A stretch of 63,693 bases of DNA, filler included, from Stramenopiles sp. TOSAG23-3 (lineage: Eukaryota): the NCBI GenBank assembly GCA_900128585.1. It is 9 parts of 9 records of this genome, joined end to end, with 100 filler letters (N's around TTAATTAATTAA, not from the genome) between each part and the next. Parts side by side here need not be neighbours in the genome. Positions count along the whole stretch, not along the records: positions 1 to 7,018 come from LT643214.1; positions 7,119 to 14,121 come from LT643215.1; 7 more parts are not named here. One strand, 5' to 3'. A model generated the notes under the pieces. It was given only the letters and a program-made list of their open reading frames with translations. It was not told the origin of the DNA and did no database searches. A program made the translations under genes and the position numbers. Below are positions 1-9,360 of this stretch, in pieces (the stretch's first letter is position 1; the number at the start of each line of letters is the position of its first letter).

Positions 1-337
1 TTTTTCGTATATAGAAATATCAAGAGCGATTTGTGCTTTCGTACGAACTACAACACATACTTTACATAAAGATAATATTTAACTAGTATCAGCAGGGGAT
101 AATAATTTATTATATTATTTAAAAAAAAAAGAACGAAAGAAGAAGCGGGACGATTTTGAAGGGAAACAAACAGCAAAAGACAGATACGTGGATGCGATTT
201 AAGAAATATTTTTGTATTATTCAATTGGATCAACCCATCAATGAACTATAAAAGATAAAGAGAAAGGGTGATTATTGCGTAGGGAACTAACTATATACTG
301 CCTTCTGTGTGTGTGTGGTATACGTGTTTCGCGAAAA

Positions 338-1996
338 ATGGCGGAAGCGGACGGCGTGGTGGGTTCGTTGTCCATAAAAACGTCGGACGTGGCCGTGGGA
401 GGGGGGGCGACATCATTGAATAGAGTACAACGGTTCTGCCTTGCGTTTTCATACTTTGGCCAGATATACGGGGTTGCCCTGTTCTTGCTCCATGCTGTCT
501 TCATTTTCAACATTTACTACGGAGCGTCCGCGTCTGCCCTTGGGGCGGCAGGGATTTTCATGGGCTTCTACAACGCGCTGAACGGCATGCCGATTGCACG
601 GTACGCCGACGCAGGGCACATAAACCGTTACCGCTGCTGCAGGAAGGAAAAGTGCGGGAGGCGGGGACCGTGGATGGCCATCGGGATACCACAGCTCGCC
701 ATCGCGTGCTTTTGCCTCTTTGTTTCGCCGACCACCGACCCGACCGGGCTCGTGCTGTGGTTTTTGTTCCTGTATTTTCTCGTGAGCAACGGCTTCACTG
801 CTGGCTTTCAAAGCACGCTGGGGGTGTTGCAGGAGACCATGTTTACGGACAAAGAGCGGGCGCGGCAGACGATGCTGGCCGTTCCATTCAATATGGTGGC
901 CTACATCCTGGCCGGCCTCGTCGTCCCGGCCGCGCTGTTCACCCAAGTCCCGGATTCTGTGACCAGCTGCTGCGTTCAGCCGTTGTCCAAGTGCGCCAAG
1001 GTCCCCTGCGCGTGCGTGCTGGCCGGGGAGAACAGCACGGTTCGTTTTGACACAGGGTTTGGCCGGAAGTGCACGGAAATGATCGCCACGGCCGCCCTGA
1101 GGGAAACCGCGTGCGGCGAAGCAGCGACATACCAGCCCACGTCCTTTTTGGTCACCGGGGTCGTGTCTTTCGTCTTGATCATGACCGCGCTGGCGGGGCT
1201 GATCCCGGCCCCTCTCGGCACAGTGAAGAACAAGAGCGAGCCCATGTTCTTGATACCGAGCATCGTGTCGGCGTTCAAATCGTCTGCCTTTCGATGGCTG
1301 GCATGGACCAACTTTTGGAACGCATTGTCGCAGCAGTTGATGACAGGATTTACGTCGTACTTTTTTCTGTACAGCCTAGGGGTAGATTTTATCGACATCG
1401 GTGGGGAAATAGCAACTGTGGTGGCAGTAGGAATTTCTTTCTCCATGGCTGTCGTGCCTGCGTGGAATTACATCTTGGGCTTGCGGCAGCCGGAGAACAA
1501 ATCGATGCCAAAATACCACCCCGCAACCGTGGGAATCTTTTGTGCCTTTTTTGATTTTCTCGTATGCACGATTTGCTACACTGTATCGATGACGACGTCG
1601 TCCACCCTTGCGTTCACCGTTGGGGCGTGCGTTTTCGGCGTTTTCAACGGAAGTGGGGACCAGATATTCCATTCGACTATCGGGTGGGTTATGGACGAGG
1701 ATGAGAGGGTTACCGGACTCCGGCGGGAAGGAATGTTTTATGCTTGCATCGGCGCTGTGCAGCACTTGTCCGTCGTTGTCTATTTCATAATGGTCGCAAT
1801 TTTAGGAGCAGTAGGATTTGATGGAAAAACATGCCCCCAAGACCAGCCCCCAAGCGTCAGCTCGTTGGTATTCACCTACATAATCCTGTCTAGAGCGTTC
1901 AAGTTGGTATCTGGGCTGGGCTACTACATGTTTCCGATCAGGGAGAAAGTTTTGGAAGACTTGCTAGAGTTTAAAGCAGCGCAAGTTCCAAAATAA
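338..1996 (+). CDS. MFS_2/GPH (MelB/MFSD2-like) transporter with a Cys-rich luminal loop
   Basis: ORF 275-1996; first ATG at 338. About 12 hydrophobic helices, GRRGPW loop motif and DEDERVTGLRREGMFY motif typical of the GPH family. Confidence 0.75.
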   Translation: MAEADGVVGSLSIKTSDVAVGGGATSLNRVQRFCLAFSYFGQIYGVALFLLHAVFIFNIYYGASASALGAAGIFMGFYNALNGMPIARYADAGHINRYRCCRKEKCGRRGPWMAIGIPQLAIACFCLFVSPTTDPTGLVLWFLFLYFLVSNGFTAGFQSTLGVLQETMFTDKERARQTMLAVPFNMVAYILAGLVVPAALFTQVPDSVTSCCVQPLSKCAKVPCACVLAGENSTVRFDTGFGRKCTEMIATAALRETACGEAATYQPTSFLVTGVVSFVLIMTALAGLIPAPLGTVKNKSEPMFLIPSIVSAFKSSAFRWLAWTNFWNALSQQLMTGFTSYFFLYSLGVDFIDIGGEIATVVAVGISFSMAVVPAWNYILGLRQPENKSMPKYHPATVGIFCAFFDFLVCTICYTVSMTTSSTLAFTVGACVFGVFNGSGDQIFHSTIGWVMDEDERVTGLRREGMFYACIGAVQHLSVVVYFIMVAILGAVGFDGKTCPQDQPPSVSSLVFTYIILSRAFKLVSGLGYYMFPIREKVLEDLLEFKAAQVPK

Positions 1997-2318
1997 AGAG
2001 ATGTGTACATGCAGGGTTGTAAAACGTAAGGGAAAATCTAGATCAGCTCATACGATTGAGCCGTCGTTTAAAAGTTACGAACAGGAAATAGAACACCCTT
2101 TTAAGAATTAGGAAAACCACACAAGGAATGATTCATCTACTAGTGAGATATCGGATGAGGAAGTTGATTATGGGTGTTTTGACATCGACGCAGTTCCATA
2201 CACTGATTCGGATCATGCATGGAGTACACATGAAAATGATAGTCAAGACTAAGTGACAAGGGTATATATTGATTACTAAAATCACAACACAGCAGAGATC
2301 AGTTCGCAGTACATTGTT

Positions 2319-2548
2319 TTTAATTACTTTTAAATAACAGCCAATTTCTTGTTTTTAAGAAATTAAGAAATCATACCATAAAAAAAAAACTAATGATAAA
2401 AACAAGAAAATTGGCTGTTATTTAATGATATAGTATGTTTTAAGACTCTCAAGATTATCCCAATTGTAGAACTGATCTAATTTTGCAACTGCTAAAATTC
2501 ATATCACTTAAAAACAAGAAAATTGGCTGTTATTTAAAAGTAATTAAA
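2319..2548. repeat. ~41-bp inverted repeat pair (2319-2359 / 2507-2548) with an internal partial copy (2398-2425); MITE-like
   Basis: tttaattacttttaaataacagccaatttcttgtttttaag versus cttaaaaacaagaaaattggctgttatttaaaagtaattaaa, differing by one indel. A related copy lies at 32833-32860. Confidence 0.75.
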
Positions 2549-2776
2549 TTTAGCTTCCTCATATCACTTACAGTCGGTCGGTACCTGGTACCTCCTTTGT
2601 CGTTCCTACGATATCGTATCATTCGACCCTGTTCCCAATCATAATCTTCAAAACTTCGTACCATCTCGTCTGGTTGTGTTCCATAATTGACTTGTTTGAA
2701 TCAGGTTAAGTTAACCCTATTTATTTTATAAAAACAATTCTTAACACACCACAACATTGCTCCCCCCACAACTCCC

Positions 2777-5700
2777 TCAGTTCATGCTGAACTTCATGAT
2801 CAGTTGTTGGCAGTCCGGAATCGTTTGCATAGCCTGCCACATTTCATTAAAATCCAAAGATCCGTTTCGGTCGGTATCCCCGGCCTGGAAAATGCGCTGG
2901 GCCATGGTTTGGGCCTCTTGCTGCGAGCAATTTTGGATAAGCTGTATCATGGTCATGACCTCGTTGGGGTCCAGCGTATTGTTCTCGTCGAAATCGAACG
3001 CGGCGAACATCACCTTCATTTTGTCATGGGGCGACGGGTACATCAACGCCCAGGCAACAGCAAGCTCTTTTATGTCTACGGAGCCCCCGTTGTCCGCATC
3101 AATCGCCTCAAACAGTTGGTTCCCAAAGCGGGGATTTCTGCCTAGCGGAGTCGCCCTCAAAATTTCAATGAACTCTTGGCGCCCAATCCCACGGTGGCCG
3201 TTACGGACCGCGGCACGCTTGAAGGATTCCCACAGCTGGTTGACCACCCTGCTGTCGTTCCGCCGCCGCAGCTGCTTCATCGTAGAGTTCAGGGACGCAC
3301 CAACGCCTCCACCACCGTAGGCATCGAACCCCCCGCCGCCGTACCCCCCTCCCCCGCCACGGCCGTACCCACCGCCCCGGCCGCCGCGCTCCGAAAGCAC
3401 CATCGCTTTCAGTTGAATCGGCTGCCGGGACGACAGGGCCCCGTTTATCGCACTTTGAAGCTCCGTCTGGCTCGCCAGTTCTACCCACACAGGGGGGGCG
3501 CGCGTCATGTCACGCACTTGGATCTGCTTTATCCCGCCCCCGCTTCTGGAGTTCACGTTCAAGTGGTTTCGGATTTGCAGCACTTGAAAGTTGGAGGGTA
3601 TCGGGGTTATGGGCTGCGGTCTTTCTTCCCGCCCGTCGATCTCCCACACCACGGTCACCGGTATTTGCATCTGCAGCATTCCCATCTGGCCGCCCACGCC
3701 CATGCCCATGCCCATCCCGAGGAGGTCTTGCTCCATCATCCCCCCCTGCCCCCTCTGCTCGGTAGCAGTTAGCATCCGGTTCAGCATCCGCAGCATCGGG
3801 TCGAGCCGTTCGACGAGCTCTTGGGACATCTGGTTCCCTTGGTTGGCGCGGGCACGGTGCATCTCCGACAGAAGCTGCATCAGCTTCCTGCAGTTCCCTT
3901 CCACACTGTGCTCCACCCCCGTCGCGCCCTGCGCGATTGCCCACCGCTCCTGCGAATGGTTGCGTATCTCCCGGACGATGATGTCCAGCAGGGACCCGAG
4001 CATCTGAATGTGCTGTACGTTAAACTTGTCGGCGAACATGTTCAAGTTTTTCTCGCTGTCCCCGCCCTGCCCGATGACGACCAGCGTCTGGAGGGCGTGC
4101 TTGACAAGCGAGAAATTGTACGTCACGCCGGAGTGCTTCAGCGCCTTTGCCGCCGCGGAGTCTTGCGTTTGGAACTTGGACAGGCAGGAAAACAGTGCGT
4201 CGATGGCGCCGAAGTCCACGATGGCCGACAGCTGCTGCTTGTTCGCGCTCTTGCACAGCCGGAACAATATCTTCGACGCCCGCGACTGCAGGTTGACCTC
4301 CGTTTGGACCATGCTGAGCACCAGCCGGACCATGCCTTTGGTCCGCAGTATCTGCCGCTTCAGGCCCGTGTCGCACATTTTCGTCAAGAGCTCCGCGGCC
4401 GCCTTCTTCAACGAAACGTGGGCCCTCGACTCGAGCATCATCTTGACGATGTCGGCCAGGCGAGAGTTCTTGAAAGCGTACGTCTGCAGAAAGTCCACGA
4501 CGTTTTCGTTCACCACCAGGACCGATTCCAGGCACATGATTGCGGACAGGACGCAACGCATCAGGTCGCTCCGCTCGCTCAGGCCCTGCTCGCCGGCATC
4601 TTTGCCCTGGTCTTCCATCCCAATCAAGGTGTGCGCGCAGATGCCCATGTACTGTATCGCGCGGGACACCAGGACCTTGACCCGTTCGTTGTTCACGTGC
4701 TCCCAGAGCCCTGGGTACAGCGCCGTTGTTCCGACGAAGCAGCAGGTGACGGCCTGGGTGATGCAGCTGTTCAGTGATTCCCGGGTGACGGTCCTCGGGA
4801 TGGGCTTGCAAATGATGGCGGGCAGGTGGTTGTTGCGGCCTTGGGGGTCGCACGTTTGGATGACCTGGATGAAGCGCTGCCACACGCCCGCCTCGAAGAG
4901 CCGTTTGAAGGGCCCGCCCCCCAGCTCCCATACTCGCTCCGCATGGGTGTGCCCGCACAGGATCGACATGGTCCACGTCAGGCTGGCGGAAACGACGGGG
5001 TGCATGCCCCCCTTGGACCGGCCGCCAAAGTCCTGCCGAGGGTTCAGCGAGTCGATGATCAGCTTCAGCACCCCGAGGTCGACCAAGCTCGACCTGGCCT
5101 CCTCGTCGTGCGCGGCGAAGGCCCCCAACACCTGGACGCACTTCTGAACGACGAGGACGCCCTTGTGGACCTGGTCGCTCCAAAAGTACTGGGCGCAGAT
5201 CGCCGCGGTCGTCTGCAGGAGGACCATGACGATCTGGAGCGTGTTCATGTTGGTCCCCACAACGACAGCCCGAAGGGCGTCTTTCTTCGCGGTCATCTGG
5301 TCTGCGTGCCACTTGTTGTTGGGCGGGGTATGCGCCACCCGGGGCCCCGGCAGGTAGAGGAACAAAAAGTCCAGGGCCATGGCCTGGATCTGCCAGATCA
5401 GGTTGGGGTTCTCGCTGTCCACGGCGTTCATGGTCAGCACGTGCTGCGTCAAGTTCTGGCACACGTTTCCCACTTGGACCCGGTTAAAGAGCTCAAAGAT
5501 AACCTCGCAGACGTCGTACCGGTCGGACGGGGCCGGGAACACGTCGAGGATCGCCATGATAGAGGACAGGTACTGGACGGCCTGGACCTTGAGCTCGAAG
5601 TGGCCCTGCTGGAGCTCCTGGACCTTCCGGTCCAAGTTGCCGTTCTGGATCTCGCCCATCACTTGCTGGATAAACTCGATGCGCATCTCCGCCGATGCCC

Positions 5701-6301
5701 CTTTCGGCTCCCGCCCCATCAGCCAAAAACTATCCATACTCTCCTCTATGCTTGACGTGTGCGAGTCTTCCATCCGCTTGTACTTTTCCTTGACACGGTT
5801 CAGCTTCGTCCCCCAATCGACCTGCTCGTACTGGTTGAAAAATGCGGCAATGTCTTCGAGGATCTCCTCCCTCGTGCGCGCCAGGTTCTGGAAGTCCCCA
5901 AGCTCGGAGGAGCTCCCGCTGCGTGGCCGGCCGGCCGTTGCCTGGGCGCCCGCGCCACCGCTGCTCCCGGAGCGTTTTTTGTGGATGCCTTTGGAGCTCG
6001 CTGTCCAGCGGGTCAGGGCGTTAATGAACTCCTCGAGGGAAATGCTATCGTTCTTGTCCCCGTCGATGAGCTCTTGGACCAACCCCACTTCTGCGCGGCT
6101 GACGCTCTGGTTGTTTCGAAGTTTCTGCATCAACTGCTGCAGCTCGTCCATCGTTATGGTGCCACTCCCGTCTGTGTCGACGATGGAAAACGTCCGTTTG
6201 AACTCTTCCAGCTCTTCCGTGGTCACCGTCCCCGCCAGGGCCCGCGCCTCGGCCTCTAGCTCCGCTGAGTTTTGCCTGGAAATCATACCGGACCCCAACA
6301 T
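2777..6301 (-). CDS. Multi-EF-hand protein with a central ARM/HEAT-like helical region
   Basis: N-terminal EF hands (DTDGSGTITMDE, DGDKNDSISLEE), C-terminal EF hands (DADNGGSVDIKE, DFDENNTLDPNE, DTDRNGSLDFNE), ARM-like helices (AIVDFGAIDALFSCL) and a Gly-rich linker. Likely ATG at 6301. Confidence 0.75.
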   Translation of the reverse strand: MLGSGMISRQNSAELEAEARALAGTVTTEELEEFKRTFSIVDTDGSGTITMDELQQLMQKLRNNQSVSRAEVGLVQELIDGDKNDSISLEEFINALTRWTASSKGIHKKRSGSSGGAGAQATAGRPRSGSSSELGDFQNLARTREEILEDIAAFFNQYEQVDWGTKLNRVKEKYKRMEDSHTSSIEESMDSFWLMGREPKGASAEMRIEFIQQVMGEIQNGNLDRKVQELQQGHFELKVQAVQYLSSIMAILDVFPAPSDRYDVCEVIFELFNRVQVGNVCQNLTQHVLTMNAVDSENPNLIWQIQAMALDFLFLYLPGPRVAHTPPNNKWHADQMTAKKDALRAVVVGTNMNTLQIVMVLLQTTAAICAQYFWSDQVHKGVLVVQKCVQVLGAFAAHDEEARSSLVDLGVLKLIIDSLNPRQDFGGRSKGGMHPVVSASLTWTMSILCGHTHAERVWELGGGPFKRLFEAGVWQRFIQVIQTCDPQGRNNHLPAIICKPIPRTVTRESLNSCITQAVTCCFVGTTALYPGLWEHVNNERVKVLVSRAIQYMGICAHTLIGMEDQGKDAGEQGLSERSDLMRCVLSAIMCLESVLVVNENVVDFLQTYAFKNSRLADIVKMMLESRAHVSLKKAAAELLTKMCDTGLKRQILRTKGMVRLVLSMVQTEVNLQSRASKILFRLCKSANKQQLSAIVDFGAIDALFSCLSKFQTQDSAAAKALKHSGVTYNFSLVKHALQTLVVIGQGGDSEKNLNMFADKFNVQHIQMLGSLLDIIVREIRNHSQERWAIAQGATGVEHSVEGNCRKLMQLLSEMHRARANQGNQMSQELVERLDPMLRMLNRMLTATEQRGQGGMMEQDLLGMGMGMGVGGQMGMLQMQIPVTVVWEIDGREERPQPITPIPSNFQVLQIRNHLNVNSRSGGGIKQIQVRDMTRAPPVWVELASQTELQSAINGALSSRQPIQLKAMVLSERGGRGGGYGRGGGGGYGGGGFDAYGGGGVGASLNSTMKQLRRRNDSRVVNQLWESFKRAAVRNGHRGIGRQEFIEILRATPLGRNPRFGNQLFEAIDADNGGSVDIKELAVAWALMYPSPHDKMKVMFAAFDFDENNTLDPNEVMTMIQLIQNCSQQEAQTMAQRIFQAGDTDRNGSLDFNEMWQAMQTIPDCQQLIMKFSMN

Positions 6302-7018
6302 TATTATTATTGTATGACGGTCAAGTGGAAACACTTTCAAATGGTTCTCTTCGTTAAAAGGATGGTTCACTTGGGGAGTGTGCTTGTCATTATTTAAAAG
6401 GTAAATAAATCACACCTACTGTCTTGCCTCTATAAATTGATTATATGATAGATACGACAACAAGAATTATGAAAGAAAAGATAGAAGAAGAAGAAAAAAA
6501 AGAAGAAAGAAGAAGGGGAAGAAGGATCGATAATAATAATAATACAATAAATAAAATATCTTCTTTTTTTTTCAAACACACAAGAAGAAGAAGAAGAGGT
6601 GGCTGAGAGAGAAGAGAAGCCATCTATATTTAAGGAAATGTGTTTATAGAGATAACTATGTAAGACCATTTTGAATAGATAAAGCCATTGTAGATATAAG
6701 AATTTAGATGATTTATTAGAAATGATATTTAAGAATAAAGAAATAGAATTAAAAAAAGTGATAAAATATACCTCTTTTATATATACATAGCATTTGTTAT
6801 TATTATAAGATACATACCCTTAATTTTAGATGGCTTCTCTTCTCCAGCTCTCCTCTCTTTTTTCAAAGTTTTACAGTACACCGTACAGAACTAGTTAGTA
6901 GTAAACAGAAACAAAATCTTCTTTCTTTTTTTTTTTAAATAGGAGGACAATGGAGTTAGTTGTTCTAATTTATCAGATAGGGATATATGATAATTAGAGT
7001 ACGACTCGTTATAGAAAA

Positions 7019-7118
7019 NNNNNNNNNNNNNNNNNNNNNNNNNNNNNNNNNNNNNNNNNNNNTTAATTAATTAANNNNNNNNNNNNNNNNNNNNNNNNNN
7101 NNNNNNNNNNNNNNNNNN
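7019..7118. other. Artificial contig-joining spacer (N44-TTAATTAATTAA-N44); also at 14122-14221, 21222-21321, 28321-28420, 35413-35512, 42499-42598, 49579-49678, 56638-56737
   Basis: Identical 100-nt linker with six-frame stop codons; the contigs between linkers decrease steadily in length. Confidence 0.98.
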
Positions 7119-7120
7119 CG

Positions 7121-8905
7121 TTGCTTTCCTCCGTTTCCTTTGGATTTTCTGTGTCTCTGGCCATCATCTTTCTGGTCACCCGTCTAATGGACATGGTCAT
7201 CGTTTTCTTTTGGGAAGCTGGGTGGATGGTTCGAATTCACTTGAAGGACGGAAAGGGGATTGTGGAAGTGGTCATGGACAAAAATAATGGCGAAGAGCAA
7301 GCCAACCGGCTTCGCAGAGGACTATACAGAGCAAAAAAAAAAGCTACATTCGGTGTATCGATCACGAATGAAAACGAAATTGATACATTTTTGTACCCTG
7401 AAACAAGATACACCAAAATTGGTTGTTTTGATATGGTAGTGAATTCGATACAAGTTGGTAAATACCATCTTCAAATGAAAAAGCAATCACGGAGCTATTT
7501 TGAATGCAACGATGTCTTTTTGACAACTTTGGCCCAGTTTAGTTTCAACGCACCAGCAACGTTCCCATGGTGGTATGTCTGCAGTAGGTGGGTGCCGCCA
7601 TGGGGGTGTTTTGGGTGCCACCGGCACCCGCTAGGGCATGACAAACGATTGCCTCAATACGCGTATTGCCTGTCACTCGGCTACCTCAGCTTTGGCTGGT
7701 GTTACGACGGTTACTGGATACTCAGGGATATGACGCGTATCGCGAAGGGGCCCTCTATTGAGTTGTTTTATGGACATGGTGGGTCCTTTCAAACGGGGAT
7801 TGAAAGCAAAGAAATGGCAGACAATCTTATTGGTTATATTAAGAAACAGGCAAGTAAATATTTTGATAAATACGATGCACCAGCAATGCCTGAAAAAATG
7901 ATGAAGCGCGAGATTCCACACAGGGCGAGTATTTGTGATTGGCTGTGCAGTCCTAAGCAGGTGGAACACCACTCATCAACGTTTGGGCGCGACCAAATAC
8001 TTCTAACAGATTCATTGGAAACAAAGCAAGTACCGTGTATTCCTCCCAGTACATGTTTTCCATTGTGCTGGATTCCAAGTCTTTGTTGTCCTACTTGTGC
8101 TAGTTGCCTATATGTAACTGAAAAGAGGTCATCGACCAATGTCATCTATGCAAAAAATGTGCGAACTTATGAGACACAACAGGACTCGTTTTCTGCTAAT
8201 TGTATTTGTTGTCAATCCAACCGACACTTTATTTATTTTCCAGAGACAGGGATTTATTCTCAAATGACGACAAGGGAAGACGTTGCCGAAGCAGCAATTT
8301 TGATGCACAACAACACTTCCCTTTCTTTTGCAGAACTTGGCAGTGTCAAAGAAGAAGGAGATGCTTCTGTTGACGATTGTCTATACAACCCGCATGAACC
8401 AGAAGCCTTGCCACAAGAAGTAGAACTAAAAGTGATGGATCACTCACGTTCCACGATTGAGGAAGTCAACAAGCCCACTCAAGAAACTTCAGTAGAAGAA
8501 ACTGCAACTGCTGTTGAAGAATTCAATGATGTAAGTCTAGAAGAAGCATTAAACGATACAAGTGAATCTCTACAACAAAAGATAGAAGAAATTGTATTGG
8601 AAAGAGCAAAAACAGAATATTCTGCCAATCTTGACTTGAAAAATATAGTTCATTTTAATGACAACTCATCAAATATTAGAGATAGACTAATGAAGGGAAC
8701 AAAACCAAACATTCAATATCTAAAAAACTTTGTAGATGGAAATACTGAACAGACTGTAAGACTTTCATATAGAACAAATGAGAAGAACATTAAAGTCTCG
8801 GAATTAAATCCTGATATTGAAAGTTTAAAAGCATATTTGTCTGACACTAAAAACATAAGAGAGGTTAAGTGCATGGCCGAGGAAGGCGAAAAGCTTGTAA
8901 CTTAG
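7121..8905 (+). CDS. Hypothetical Cys-rich membrane-associated protein with acidic C-terminal region, 5'-partial
   Basis: 594-codon ORF starting at the contig edge; hydrophobic and Cys/Trp-rich segments; no family recognised. Confidence 0.55.
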   Translation: MLSSVSFGFSVSLAIIFLVTRLMDMVIVFFWEAGWMVRIHLKDGKGIVEVVMDKNNGEEQANRLRRGLYRAKKKATFGVSITNENEIDTFLYPETRYTKIGCFDMVVNSIQVGKYHLQMKKQSRSYFECNDVFLTTLAQFSFNAPATFPWWYVCSRWVPPWGCFGCHRHPLGHDKRLPQYAYCLSLGYLSFGWCYDGYWILRDMTRIAKGPSIELFYGHGGSFQTGIESKEMADNLIGYIKKQASKYFDKYDAPAMPEKMMKREIPHRASICDWLCSPKQVEHHSSTFGRDQILLTDSLETKQVPCIPPSTCFPLCWIPSLCCPTCASCLYVTEKRSSTNVIYAKNVRTYETQQDSFSANCICCQSNRHFIYFPETGIYSQMTTREDVAEAAILMHNNTSLSFAELGSVKEEGDASVDDCLYNPHEPEALPQEVELKVMDHSRSTIEEVNKPTQETSVEETATAVEEFNDVSLEEALNDTSESLQQKIEEIVLERAKTEYSANLDLKNIVHFNDNSSNIRDRLMKGTKPNIQYLKNFVDGNTEQTVRLSYRTNEKNIKVSELNPDIESLKAYLSDTKNIREVKCMAEEGEKLVT

Positions 8906-9360
8906 AGAATGTTTTGGAGGTCGGCTCCGAGGTTGGCCCCTTCCCGAGCATGCTGTGGCAACAATGCAGTACAAGGCAGCAAGGAAGGGAATCAGCGGCG
9001 CCGGCTGCTGCGGTTTCGTGGCGGCGGCGGGTCGTAGATTCGAAGTACGTAAGTTAATATTAAATATGATTATTTTAATATTTGAATTTTTATTTTAAAA
9101 ACATCTCACCATTTGAGCGATGGGTGCTTAACTTTCAAAAAGTTTGACATTTCTCTCCGGGTGTATTTTCTTTTTTAATTGTGTTCGGATCACATCCAGA
9201 AGCTGTGCGCACTTGCTTTGCACTTGTAAAAGTGGCAAGTATATTTACGACACACGTTCAATCCGGATGGACATGGAAAACACCAAGCATTAATTATGCG
9301 GTCTTTGCTTCAATGCTTGGTGATCATTGTAATATTTTCTACGATACCTCGTCGGTTACT

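Noticed and set aside
3821-6317. Long overlapping antisense or alternative-frame ORFs (also 47816-49279, 53104-54348)
   Set aside because: Shadow ORFs of GC3-rich real genes; no independent motifs.
7019-7118. Recurrent TTAATTAATTAA palindrome at ~7-kb spacing
   Set aside because: Artificial contig linker flanked by Ns; no biological periodicity or synteny can be inferred.
8380-8905. Shift to AT-rich, acidic sequence in the 3' part of ORF 7121-8905 (possible chimera or insertion)
   Set aside because: The frame stays open and no junction repeat or recognisable domain supports a separate element.
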